Shown piece after piece: positions 48,436-57,230 of a DNA stretch of 64,000 nt (the stretch's first letter is position 1; every line of letters starts with the position of its first letter). The DNA is from Alphaproteobacteria bacterium. GTDB lineage: Bacteria; Pseudomonadota; Alphaproteobacteria; UBA2966. Both the position numbers and the translations under genes were made by a program. The stretch is from positions 19,237 through 83,236 of the forward strand of contig JABILA010000094.1 of NCBI GenBank assembly GCA_018654745.1. Direction: 5' to 3'. The notes beneath the pieces are model-generated. The model was not told where the DNA came from. It ran no database searches and worked only from the letters and a program-made list of their open reading frames with translations.

Positions 48436-49486
48436 TCATACTTTCCTCTACATGAGCCAGCATGCTGCGTGCTTTTTGCAATTGACGACTGCGCACGACA
48501 CTGGCATCCAGCGTTCCAGCAGCGGCGACGCGGCGAACCCAGAAATCGGGTAAAAATTCGTTCAGAATGATCAAGCTCCAACACAACCCATACAGCGGAT
48601 AAAGAGCTGTCAAACGTGTCTTGAAAGCCGGGTCAGGGTTTCCATAAACAGCCATGGCTCCCTTGTAAAAGCGTTGGCGAAATGGCCTGGATAATGTCAT
48701 CCCGGGATGAAGCAAGAAATCGGATACCAGTTTTGCCGGATCGTCCCAGCCAAAATATTCGAAATCGATAAACACGAGGCGACCTGATTTTTGTCTCAGG
48801 GTATTGTGAAACCCAAAGTCAGATGGACTAAGTACCCACTGTTTCTGGGCAAGCTCCTGGTCAAAATTCAAACCAGCATCTTTATAAGCGCTTCTGGCAG
48901 CTTTCACCGCCGCAAGGCTTACTGATGCAAAATCATCATTGAGGAAGTCAAATAAATCAGACATTCCCTCGTCATCCGGAGACAAGGCTTCAAATCGGGC
49001 GCGGCGGGAATCAATCTGCTTTGCGACTGCATCTCCCGACAAAGTTGCGGCTGAAGCCAATGGAAGGCGTTCCGTTCCGTCAACACCACCCAGGGCCTGA
49101 AGTTCCGCGACGAACCGCAAAGCGGCATCTACGTCAATTACGCTTGGCGGATTTACGATTGTACCCTCAACCCATTCGAACAGGGCGCAACCAGATTGGT
49201 GATCATGGGCAATTGTTTTCGGAACAGCGCTGACGCTGTATCTTTCCAAAAATTTCAGGCTGCCAACTTCCGCTCCCATTCGATCTCTCGGGTCTTCCTC
49301 GCGGTTGCCGTAAACCTTGAATGCATACTTGCTGCCATCAGAAGTTTCTGCACGAAACAACCTGTTGTTGCCCCCGCCATGAGTTGGCACTAATGCCACA
49401 ACGGGCTTGCCCAACAAACTGGCTGCCGACTGCCTCAAAGTATCACTATCAGGCGAAGACTGGTTGGCTAATGATGACATCAGCAA
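48413..49486 (-). CDS. Aminoglycoside phosphotransferase/choline kinase-like sugar kinase
   Basis: GGGNNRLF, AFKVY, LSPSDFGFHN and FIDFEYFGWDDP. Confidence 0.85.
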   Translation of the reverse strand: MLMSSLANQSSPDSDTLRQSAASLLGKPVVALVPTHGGGNNRLFRAETSDGSKYAFKVYGNREEDPRDRMGAEVGSLKFLERYSVSAVPKTIAHDHQSGCALFEWVEGTIVNPPSVIDVDAALRFVAELQALGGVDGTERLPLASAATLSGDAVAKQIDSRRARFEALSPDDEGMSDLFDFLNDDFASVSLAAVKAARSAYKDAGLNFDQELAQKQWVLSPSDFGFHNTLRQKSGRLVFIDFEYFGWDDPAKLVSDFLLHPGMTLSRPFRQRFYKGAMAVYGNPDPAFKTRLTALYPLYGLCWSLIILNEFLPDFWVRRVAAAGTLDASVVRSRQLQKARSMLAHVEESMIEGPRFD

Positions 49487-50069
49487 TCTCCTTCCAATGG
49501 CGACAAAGCGTTACCGGTATATTCGTTTCAGTTTGGCCAGGGGCAAACAAAACCTTGCGGGTGGCGACAGGGAAACCGGGTTCAATGAAAACCTCTTCCA
49601 GATCGTCGACAAAGTAGTCGCAATCAAGTTCCGAGATCATTCGCACTTTTTCAAACCGGCTATCCGCGAAATGAACATTTTCCCTTTTAATACCAAACCC
49701 GGTTTTCGAGAAAAAGCCCTTGCCGTACATCCAGTCCAGCGCCGCCTGGCGCATATCAGTCTTGAATTCCTTGCAGGCTGCAAATCTGGTTTTGTGGCTC
49801 ACGATGACGACTTCAATCTTGCTGTCATGGCAAGCCGTCAGAAAGTCACTCACACCATCGAACATGCGCGCTTCTTCCAGACGAGGGCCGTAAGCCATCG
49901 CTTGCAAACGCCGCCATAGATATTCTCCATTTGGACGCGCGCGTAACTGGTCGCGGACCTGCTTTTTGCTACCTGGAGAATGGTCAAAAAGTTCCGTTTC
50001 CACAGCCAGAGCTGAGAATAAATGGTCGTATTCCGCAAGGGTATTGTCAAAGTCGAGACCGACTCGCAC
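49449..50069 (-). CDS. HAD-like hydrolase
   Basis: GLDFDNTL motif I, VSHK and FVDDLEEV motif IV; GTG start. Confidence 0.8.
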   Translation of the reverse strand: MRVGLDFDNTLAEYDHLFSALAVETELFDHSPGSKKQVRDQLRARPNGEYLWRRLQAMAYGPRLEEARMFDGVSDFLTACHDSKIEVVIVSHKTRFAACKEFKTDMRQAALDWMYGKGFFSKTGFGIKRENVHFADSRFEKVRMISELDCDYFVDDLEEVFIEPGFPVATRKVLFAPGQTETNIPVTLCRHWKEIADVIISQPVFA

Positions 50070-50186
50070 GGCAAACCTCTCAAGTGCGATTAATATGGCC
50101 TCCAGCGTAACTCAAGCTTGGTAAACAAAACCTTTCAGGATCGGGAATAAAGAGCCACTTCACAGCCCAGTACCGCTGATTCCTGC

Positions 50187-51200
50187 TTATTTCATGCCTA
50201 AATCCTGCATGGTTTTGATGTTGTAATAGTTTTCGTTGCTCATAGGGTCTGAAATCTTGCCCGCCTTGAACGCTGCCATCAGATCCTGAACAGCATCAGC
50301 AATCGTATGCGTAGGAACAAATCCAAGCTCGTTCTTCATCTTTTCGGATGACACATGATACGACCGCAAGTCGTCTGAGGGGGTGGTTACAATTTCGACT
50401 TCGTCACCCACCACATCGCGAACCATTTTCGCAATATCACCAACAGTATGATTTTCATAACCGGCATTGTAGATTTTGCCATCAATCATCTGATCTTCGT
50501 ACTGCAGACACTCAAGATAAAGATCGGTCATGTCATCGATATGAAGATTTGGCCGTTTTTGAGTGCCACCGAAGACTGTGATCTTGCCATTTTCTACGGC
50601 ATGGGCCGTCAGGATATTTACAGTCAGATCAAGCCTTAGTCGACGCGCATAACCACATACGGTTGATGGACGAATGGTCAGCGTAACAAATCCTGGTTCA
50701 CGTTCTTCTTCCAGAACCTCTTCACACATGGCTTTGAATTTGGAGTAATCGGTAAGAGGTTCCAGCGCCAGATCTTCCGTCACTTCCGGCTCGTCCTTGA
50801 TACCGTAAACACTGGACGAAGAAGCATAGACAAAGCGCTTGACCCCTTCAGCCTTGGCTGCCTGAACCAGTGGTCTAAAGGCATCAAAATTGATTGATTT
50901 TCCCAATTCAGGATCCAGATCATAGCTTGGGTCATTGGATATGCATGCCAGATGTATGACAGCGTCACAGCCACTCAAGGCATCCCTGACAGTTTCTATA
51001 TTGCGCAGATCTCCCTTGACCTGGCGCAATGCCTTATGAGCAGTGTAATCCCCGTAGACGTCCTCACCTTCACCATACAAAAACAGATCGAGCACTGTTA
51101 CCGCGTGTCCGGCATCAAGAAGCTTCGGAATCAGATTGCTACCAACATAACCAGCGCCACCAGTTACCAGTACGTTCCAGGATTTATTACTCTCGGTCAT
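50187..51200 (-). CDS. NAD-dependent nucleotide-sugar epimerase/dehydratase
   Basis: VTGGAGYVG, HLACISNDP, ASSSSVYG, DYSKFK and RLDLTVN. Confidence 0.92.
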   Translation of the reverse strand: MTESNKSWNVLVTGGAGYVGSNLIPKLLDAGHAVTVLDLFLYGEGEDVYGDYTAHKALRQVKGDLRNIETVRDALSGCDAVIHLACISNDPSYDLDPELGKSINFDAFRPLVQAAKAEGVKRFVYASSSSVYGIKDEPEVTEDLALEPLTDYSKFKAMCEEVLEEEREPGFVTLTIRPSTVCGYARRLRLDLTVNILTAHAVENGKITVFGGTQKRPNLHIDDMTDLYLECLQYEDQMIDGKIYNAGYENHTVGDIAKMVRDVVGDEVEIVTTPSDDLRSYHVSSEKMKNELGFVPTHTIADAVQDLMAAFKAGKISDPMSNENYYNIKTMQDLGMK

Positions 51201-51805
51201 GCTCCGAACCTTTTTGCAATTACTTCTTCATTGGCAGCAAGACTGACCGCCAAATCAACGATGGAATGAATGATGCCAAGATGTGCGATTTCGACAAACC
51301 CGTAATCCGGCGAAGGTACCCAGGCATTCAAGTCACCCAGTTTCCGCAACCGATTGCCAGCTTCAAAACCACTCAAGGTGATAACACTCGCGCCAATTTT
51401 CCGAGCTGCTCTCGCAGCCAGCACAATATTTTCAGACTCACCTGAACTGGATATCGCGACAAGAATGTCACCCGCCTGCCCGTGTATCTCAATCTGCTTT
51501 GAAAAAACTTCCTCATAGGAATAGTCGTTGGCATAACAAGTCAGTGCGGCGGCATCGTTAAAGGCGATGGAACGAATTCGACCGTTTTTGGAAAAATCAG
51601 CAGCCATGTGACTGGCATGTGAAGCACTGGCACCATTGCCAACAAACATGACCTTGTTACCGGAACTGTGCGCCCTTCGGCATTTTTCAATTGCCATATC
51701 CACAAAGCTTTCGACGTCGATGACATTTCCATCGGCGTCAGTCACTTCGACAGACATCAACATGCGTGCCGCTTCAGCAAAATATTCAGTGGCGCTACGT
51801 TTCAT
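51197..51805 (-). CDS. gmhA: SIS-domain phosphoheptose isomerase-like protein
   Basis: VGNGASASHASH, TCYANDYSYEEVF, ISSSGESENI and GFVEIAH. Confidence 0.8.
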   Translation of the reverse strand: MKRSATEYFAEAARMLMSVEVTDADGNVIDVESFVDMAIEKCRRAHSSGNKVMFVGNGASASHASHMAADFSKNGRIRSIAFNDAAALTCYANDYSYEEVFSKQIEIHGQAGDILVAISSSGESENIVLAARAARKIGASVITLSGFEAGNRLRKLGDLNAWVPSPDYGFVEIAHLGIIHSIVDLAVSLAANEEVIAKRFGA

Positions 51806-51813
51806 ATCGCTCT

Positions 51814-53415
51814 CTATTTCAACAGGGCGGTCAGGAACTTAACCAGGGGAACTTTACCGACGGATTGCCGATGTCCAACGATACCGACTTTCAGGGCACC
51901 AACTGCGTTGCCAATAAATCCGGCAACTTCCATTGAAGCCCCACTGGCAATGATCGGCGATGTAATCGCGAGGAATGCATCACCCGCACCGACTGTATCC
52001 ACGACTTGTCGGGTGAAAGCCGGAACCTGGCTCACGCCGTTGTCCGGTTCATACACAACGGAGCCATTTTCACCATGTGTCACAGCGAAATTCCGGCAAT
52101 CGATATGGCTTCTAAGGTTGTCTTCAATCAAGACACCCAGGTCCGTGAAGGGATCGCCTGTCGCCAGGCGAGCTTCCGGTGCATCGATAGAGATGTAATC
52201 TGCTTCCTGATATTTTGTGATCAGGTTGAAACCATGGTTGGCACTGTTCGACTGAGCATTCACGGCAAGAAAACGAGCCAGGTTTGTCACTTTGTCGATT
52301 GATTTTTTGGTCATCAGACCATGCCCAAAATCAGTTACTATGACGACGTCATAATTTGGAGCACGTTCTTCGATAAGTTTGCAAAATTCGTTTTCTGAAT
52401 GCCCGGATAGAGGTGCGTCGTCAAAATGATAAACCTCAAACAACTTGCGCATATGGCCCGGATCGACGAAACGACATTTGCGCGTCGTAGGCACGCCACG
52501 ACGATAAACAAAGCTTGCGGTGACATTTTCGTTCAGGCTTTCGCGAATCAGGCTTTCGTAACTGTCGCGTCGTCCCAAACAGGTCAAAACCTCAACCTCT
52601 TTGCAAAATGTCGAAAGATGATTGGCTGCAGCAACAACACCACCAGCGAACACTTCTCGTCCGTCGAAACGACTGGCGATAATGTTTTCCTTGGCAGATT
52701 TACCCATCGGCACAGTATATTGGTATTCGTCGATGATCGCGTCACCGACGACCAGCACCTTGAGGTCTGCAATCTTCTCGATTGCCGCAAGTGCCTTATC
52801 CAGGAAACCTTCGTTGCGCTTGGCATCAAGATAGGACTGAACTTCCGGATCAAATCTGGCAAAATGTTCATTGATCAGCGAAGACGAAGAAAATGTAATA
52901 TCTTCAGTGAAGACAATCGAGCCACCGTGGCTTTCAACAGCCTGGCGCTCAAGATCAATTCCACCTGTAACATCTTCATCTGACTCTATGTAATCCTGAC
53001 CTTTGACATAGGCGTCTGGCTTGATGATATCGATGACCTGTTCTGCAGTCGGAAAAAAGCTGATCCCGGCCCAGTCGACACATTCCATTGCAGCCAGCAT
53101 TTCAGCCCGGATCTGATCATGAAAAACCGGACGGTCCGGACCTTTATTGACATGTTCATCTGCCGTGCAGGTCACAATCAGGATATCGCCTTCTCGAGCA
53201 GCAGCTTCCAGATGGCGTACATGGCCCAGATGCACAAGATCAAAAACACCGTGCGCCAATACGACCGATCGACCGGCAGAGCGTGCTTTCTCCGCTACGA
53301 TCGCCAGTTCATCCAGTGACTTTATCTTGTCGCGGGCTTGCGAGCGTACAAGCGTCGGCAATGGCGTAACGTTAGGTACAGGTCTCAAGGTCATGGCGTT
53401 AATATTGTCAGGCAC
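51814..53415 (-). CDS. Bifunctional nucleotidyltransferase (N-terminal) / PfkB sugar kinase (C-terminal), HldE-like with reversed domain order
   Basis: HGVFDLVHLGH, NKGPDRP and YVKG in the N-terminal part; VGDAIIDEY, DFGHG and VDTVGAGDAF in the C-terminal part. Confidence 0.88.
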   Translation of the reverse strand: MPDNINAMTLRPVPNVTPLPTLVRSQARDKIKSLDELAIVAEKARSAGRSVVLAHGVFDLVHLGHVRHLEAAAREGDILIVTCTADEHVNKGPDRPVFHDQIRAEMLAAMECVDWAGISFFPTAEQVIDIIKPDAYVKGQDYIESDEDVTGGIDLERQAVESHGGSIVFTEDITFSSSSLINEHFARFDPEVQSYLDAKRNEGFLDKALAAIEKIADLKVLVVGDAIIDEYQYTVPMGKSAKENIIASRFDGREVFAGGVVAAANHLSTFCKEVEVLTCLGRRDSYESLIRESLNENVTASFVYRRGVPTTRKCRFVDPGHMRKLFEVYHFDDAPLSGHSENEFCKLIEERAPNYDVVIVTDFGHGLMTKKSIDKVTNLARFLAVNAQSNSANHGFNLITKYQEADYISIDAPEARLATGDPFTDLGVLIEDNLRSHIDCRNFAVTHGENGSVVYEPDNGVSQVPAFTRQVVDTVGAGDAFLAITSPIIASGASMEVAGFIGNAVGALKVGIVGHRQSVGKVPLVKFLTALLK

Positions 53416-53722
53416 TCTGCCCGCTCATCCTTTAATAAATGCAGCAATTTGTGAGAAGTTACACAAACAGACATAGGTCGATCTTTACTATTAATCCTGA
53501 TCCGGAAGCTTTCTTCGGCTCGCTCCCTAAAAGAAATTCTCTGACAATTAACGCAAGATCGATACCAGATAAGTTACTCACATTCAGAAAACACTACAAT
53601 TAGTGAATTTTTTTCAAATACTACCTGATCCAGGCGACTTTACTGCCCCCGGTTTAAGATCAGGTAAATCAAAACTGGCAAATTCATATTTAATCTGAAA
53701 TTTGTGTGGTTTCGCACTGAAC

Positions 53723-53813
53723 TAGCACGGAAATTGCAAAGCTCCCGTCGACTAGTGCCTTCAATCAACTATTTGGCGGCGCATTATGCCATAAACCGGC
53801 AAAAATTGCCGGG
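53723..53813 (+). promoter_or_regulatory. Sigma-54-like promoter variant with downstream ftr-like palindromes
   Basis: TAGCACGGAAATTGCA (53723-53738; AG instead of GG at -24), then CGGCGCATTATGCCA (53777) and CCGGCAAAAATTGCCGG (53796). Confidence 0.5.
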
Positions 53814-53843
53814 TTACAGGTCGATCAGTCAGGAACCAGGTAA

Positions 53844-56537
53844 ATGTTACCCCTTTCGAACACGAGTGAAACACCGAAGTTTACGCTGCCAACGTTTGAT
53901 TTCAATTCGTTGTCGAGCTTCTACACGACCGGTGCGTTCATGGGGATTTCAAAGCATGCCGACAAGCTGGCCTCCGGCGCGCTCAAGGATATTCTGGATA
54001 TTGATACAAAGGCACCCATTCCGCCGTGGATGCTGGCACGACAAAAAACAGGCACAATTGAAGAGCGCGTATTCTCCGGCAAGGATGTTATCGATCTGAC
54101 AGACCCGTTGTTTGATCGGGATGATGTCGACGATGACTACAAAAATCTGTTCGCTATATATAAAGGGCTGGCGAAACTTGAAGAACTGACAGAATACGCC
54201 ACGACCTCTGATGGCAACGCGATGGCCACTTTGCTTGAGCGTCAGTACGATCGCTACATGAAGGAAATCAAGGCCTTCGTAAACTCCACCGAGTTTTCAG
54301 ACATCAACCTGGTCGCTGAGCTTAAATCAGATGTTCTGAAATCATCAATCGCCATTCCGCCAGCTTCAGATGATACAGCGTTCCGCGGTAATCATATTGC
54401 ATCGACGCGAGATTCAGCAGTTACAGGCCTTACAGCCTCAGACGCCTTTACCATATCTGTCACGCTCAATAGTGTCACAACAGACGTCGTCGTAAATTTA
54501 TCGAGCGCAGCCAGTCTATCCCTGGACGATATCGCCACTCAGATAAACTCGGATCTCAGTGGTGCCGGATTTTCCAGCACTTTCGAAGTACACAGAGAAT
54601 CAGAAACGGCCTACGGACTAGAGGCCACCATCGGCACTGGAGAAAGCCTGTCCCTGGCGCATGCGGCTGCAGCAGAATCCAGCTCTGTCTACGTTACAGG
54701 CCGGGCCGGCAGCGGAGATCTGGCGGATGGCTTTTTGCTTAAGGTTGACGACCTGGCATCAGCAGACCCGACACAGCAATTCTATCAAAACATAGGCAGT
54801 ACTTACGACGGCGAATTCCACAGCGATAGCGCCAATGGTGTTGCAACAGATTCAAAAGGCAACGTTTATGTCGTTGGTACGACTTCCGGCGACATGGAAG
54901 GCCAGATTAACGTCGATGGGTCAGATATTTTCCTGCGTAAATATGACGCCAGTGGCGCCCTGCAATTTTCAAGAATGCTGGGATCGACACAGTCCGCGGG
55001 TGGATTTTCCGTAGCCGTCGATGCAAGTGATAACGTTGTAATTGCAGGACAAACCGGTGGATCACTATCCGCCGCAGCCTACGACTATGGCACAGATAAC
55101 TTCATTTCAAAATTTGATTCAGAAGGTGAAGAACTCTGGACCCGCCAACTTGGTCCCTACGAAATGGACGCAGCGCTGGACATTACTTTTGACACCAGCG
55201 GAAATATCTATGCCGCCGGCATTACAGAAGGCGCAATTGACTCTGGCCAAACCTACAGCGGTGGCATGGATGCCTATATCGCCAAGCTTGATACTGATGG
55301 GACGCTGGCATTTAACAAGCAATTCTCAAGTGCGGGCGACGAAACGGCCACAGGTATCGCCGTAAACGCTTCCGGTGACATCTTCGTAACAGGCATGGCT
55401 GACGCCGACGGGTATGTCCGCAAATACGATAACACCGGAACGCTCACGTATGACCAAAGCCTTGGAACAGTTGGGTCAGATGGTGATATCACCGGCATCG
55501 CGCTCGACAGCAATGGCGACCCCTATATTTCAGGATATACCTCCAGCAGCACGCTCGCCGCATCAGTTGTAAATGCTCATAGTGGCGGCACGGATGGCTT
55601 TGTTCTATCGGTGGACGATACAGGCGCCAGTGCTTCTGTGAATTTTGTCACATATGTCGGCACAACGGGTACTGACAAGAACTTCGGCATCGCGGTAGAT
55701 ACAGCGACCAATGACGTTTACGTCACCGGCAGCACGGATGGCACCCTGACGGGTGAAACACAATCCAGCTCCCTCGATGGTCATATGGCCAAGTTCAATT
55801 CAACGGGCACACTTCAATATACACATCAGTTCGGCGGTGGCATGACCCACCAGGGATACGATATCGACTTTGATGCCGATGGTTCGAACACACTTTCCAA
55901 GCTTGGCCTGCCAGGTGGACCGATCCCGGTTGAAAACTCCCTGACAGTCGGCGCACGCACGACAGTACGTGATTCACAGACATTTTTTATTGGCCTGAAT
56001 GACACCGAAACCAAGGTCACAATCGACCAGGACGATACGTTTGGCTACCTGACATTCAAGATAAACAAGATACTTGGTATCCAGGGGCGGGCATCTCTGA
56101 CTGATGATGTCGATCAGCGTGTATTTCAAATTGAGGCTCTGAACGGCAACAAGATTTCAATCTCAGCTGGTACAAGCAATTTCAACGCTTTGCCGGGACT
56201 AGGGTTGAGAGAGACTACTTTGTTCGGCAAATTCGAGGAAGGTGACAGGATCGGCGAATTGTCCGCTGATCAAATGGCATTTGCGCTTGGTTTGGTCGGA
56301 GATATTGATCTATCGACGACCGACAAGGCGACTGAAGCACTGACATTGGCAACAAATGCCATGCGTGAAATCAAGGATGCATACAAGTTCGTCACAGACG
56401 GTCCACAGGATGAAAATGAGTTTCAGTCCCAGGGATCTGCTTCTGCCTACACGCTTGGACGAATTGCAGCATATGAAGGCGCGCTGAATGCAATCGCCAG
56501 TATGAATATTCAGCCACTGACGAGTACTTCAACTTGA
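53844..56537 (+). CDS. flaEY: FlaEY-like flagellar protein with SBBP-type beta-propeller repeats
   Basis: N-terminal APIPPW...DYKNLFAIYKGL; repeated (G)VAxDxxGNxYVxGxT / DxFxxKxDxxG blades; C-terminal AYTLGRIAAYEGAL recalls Caulobacter FlaEY; flagellar regulatory motifs upstream. Confidence 0.65.
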   Translation: MLPLSNTSETPKFTLPTFDFNSLSSFYTTGAFMGISKHADKLASGALKDILDIDTKAPIPPWMLARQKTGTIEERVFSGKDVIDLTDPLFDRDDVDDDYKNLFAIYKGLAKLEELTEYATTSDGNAMATLLERQYDRYMKEIKAFVNSTEFSDINLVAELKSDVLKSSIAIPPASDDTAFRGNHIASTRDSAVTGLTASDAFTISVTLNSVTTDVVVNLSSAASLSLDDIATQINSDLSGAGFSSTFEVHRESETAYGLEATIGTGESLSLAHAAAAESSSVYVTGRAGSGDLADGFLLKVDDLASADPTQQFYQNIGSTYDGEFHSDSANGVATDSKGNVYVVGTTSGDMEGQINVDGSDIFLRKYDASGALQFSRMLGSTQSAGGFSVAVDASDNVVIAGQTGGSLSAAAYDYGTDNFISKFDSEGEELWTRQLGPYEMDAALDITFDTSGNIYAAGITEGAIDSGQTYSGGMDAYIAKLDTDGTLAFNKQFSSAGDETATGIAVNASGDIFVTGMADADGYVRKYDNTGTLTYDQSLGTVGSDGDITGIALDSNGDPYISGYTSSSTLAASVVNAHSGGTDGFVLSVDDTGASASVNFVTYVGTTGTDKNFGIAVDTATNDVYVTGSTDGTLTGETQSSSLDGHMAKFNSTGTLQYTHQFGGGMTHQGYDIDFDADGSNTLSKLGLPGGPIPVENSLTVGARTTVRDSQTFFIGLNDTETKVTIDQDDTFGYLTFKINKILGIQGRASLTDDVDQRVFQIEALNGNKISISAGTSNFNALPGLGLRETTLFGKFEEGDRIGELSADQMAFALGLVGDIDLSTTDKATEALTLATNAMREIKDAYKFVTDGPQDENEFQSQGSASAYTLGRIAAYEGALNAIASMNIQPLTSTST

Positions 56538-56744
56538 TCAGACGGTAATTTTCTACACTGGTTTTCCTGAAAATCCACTATTTTTGATATTTTTATTCCT
56601 ATTTTTCAAATAGTTATAAAATAAACGTTTGGGTATCCAACAATTTGATTGCCCCCGTGTCCAGACGGGCTTAGAATTCCTCTCGAAATATGGGGGATTA
56701 ACCCGTCCACGCCCGTTTGGCGTGAGATAACCGGAGATACAGGG

Positions 56745-57149
56745 ATGAAAGATAGTTTGGTCGAAGGCCTGAGTGTGACGCGCAAATTTACCGTCGACAA
56801 GGCACGTACAATCGACTTTATGGGCGAAGACCTTCGCATATACGCTACTCCAGAGCTAATTCGCGATATTGAGCAAACCTGCCGCGATTTGCTGGTTGAA
56901 CATTGTGATGAGGGTGAGGACAGCGTGGGAACGCATGTGTCTGTTGCTCACACTGCAGCAACCCCCATGGGCATGGACGTTGAAATCACCGCAACTGTTG
57001 CAAAAGTCGAAGGCAGATTGGTGACCCTTGAGGTTACTGCTTCCGACAATCTTGAGGAATGCGGCAAGGGCAAACACACCCGGTTCGTGGTCGATATGGC
57101 CAAAACCGGTGAACGATTGGCAGCAAAAGTCGCCAAGGCCAACGTCTAG
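56745..57149 (+). CDS. Hot-dog-fold thioesterase (fluoroacetyl-CoA thioesterase FlK-like)
   Basis: IYATP...IE...SVGTHVSVAHTAATPMG...GKHTRFVV; start trimmed to ATG 56745 after GGAG. Confidence 0.85.
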   Translation: MKDSLVEGLSVTRKFTVDKARTIDFMGEDLRIYATPELIRDIEQTCRDLLVEHCDEGEDSVGTHVSVAHTAATPMGMDVEITATVAKVEGRLVTLEVTASDNLEECGKGKHTRFVVDMAKTGERLAAKVAKANV

Positions 57150-57230
57150 ATCAAAGACAACATATTGGAGCCTGGTTTCAGGTGAATCAGGCTGCAATGA
57201 ACAAATTCAACAGATCATGAGGATAGTCCG

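Noticed and set aside
56540-56700. AT-rich region upstream of the pad operon as an FNR or PadR operator
   Set aside because: No TTGAT-N4-ATCAA match; only weak palindromes such as TTGGGTATCCAA, which are insufficient to call a site.
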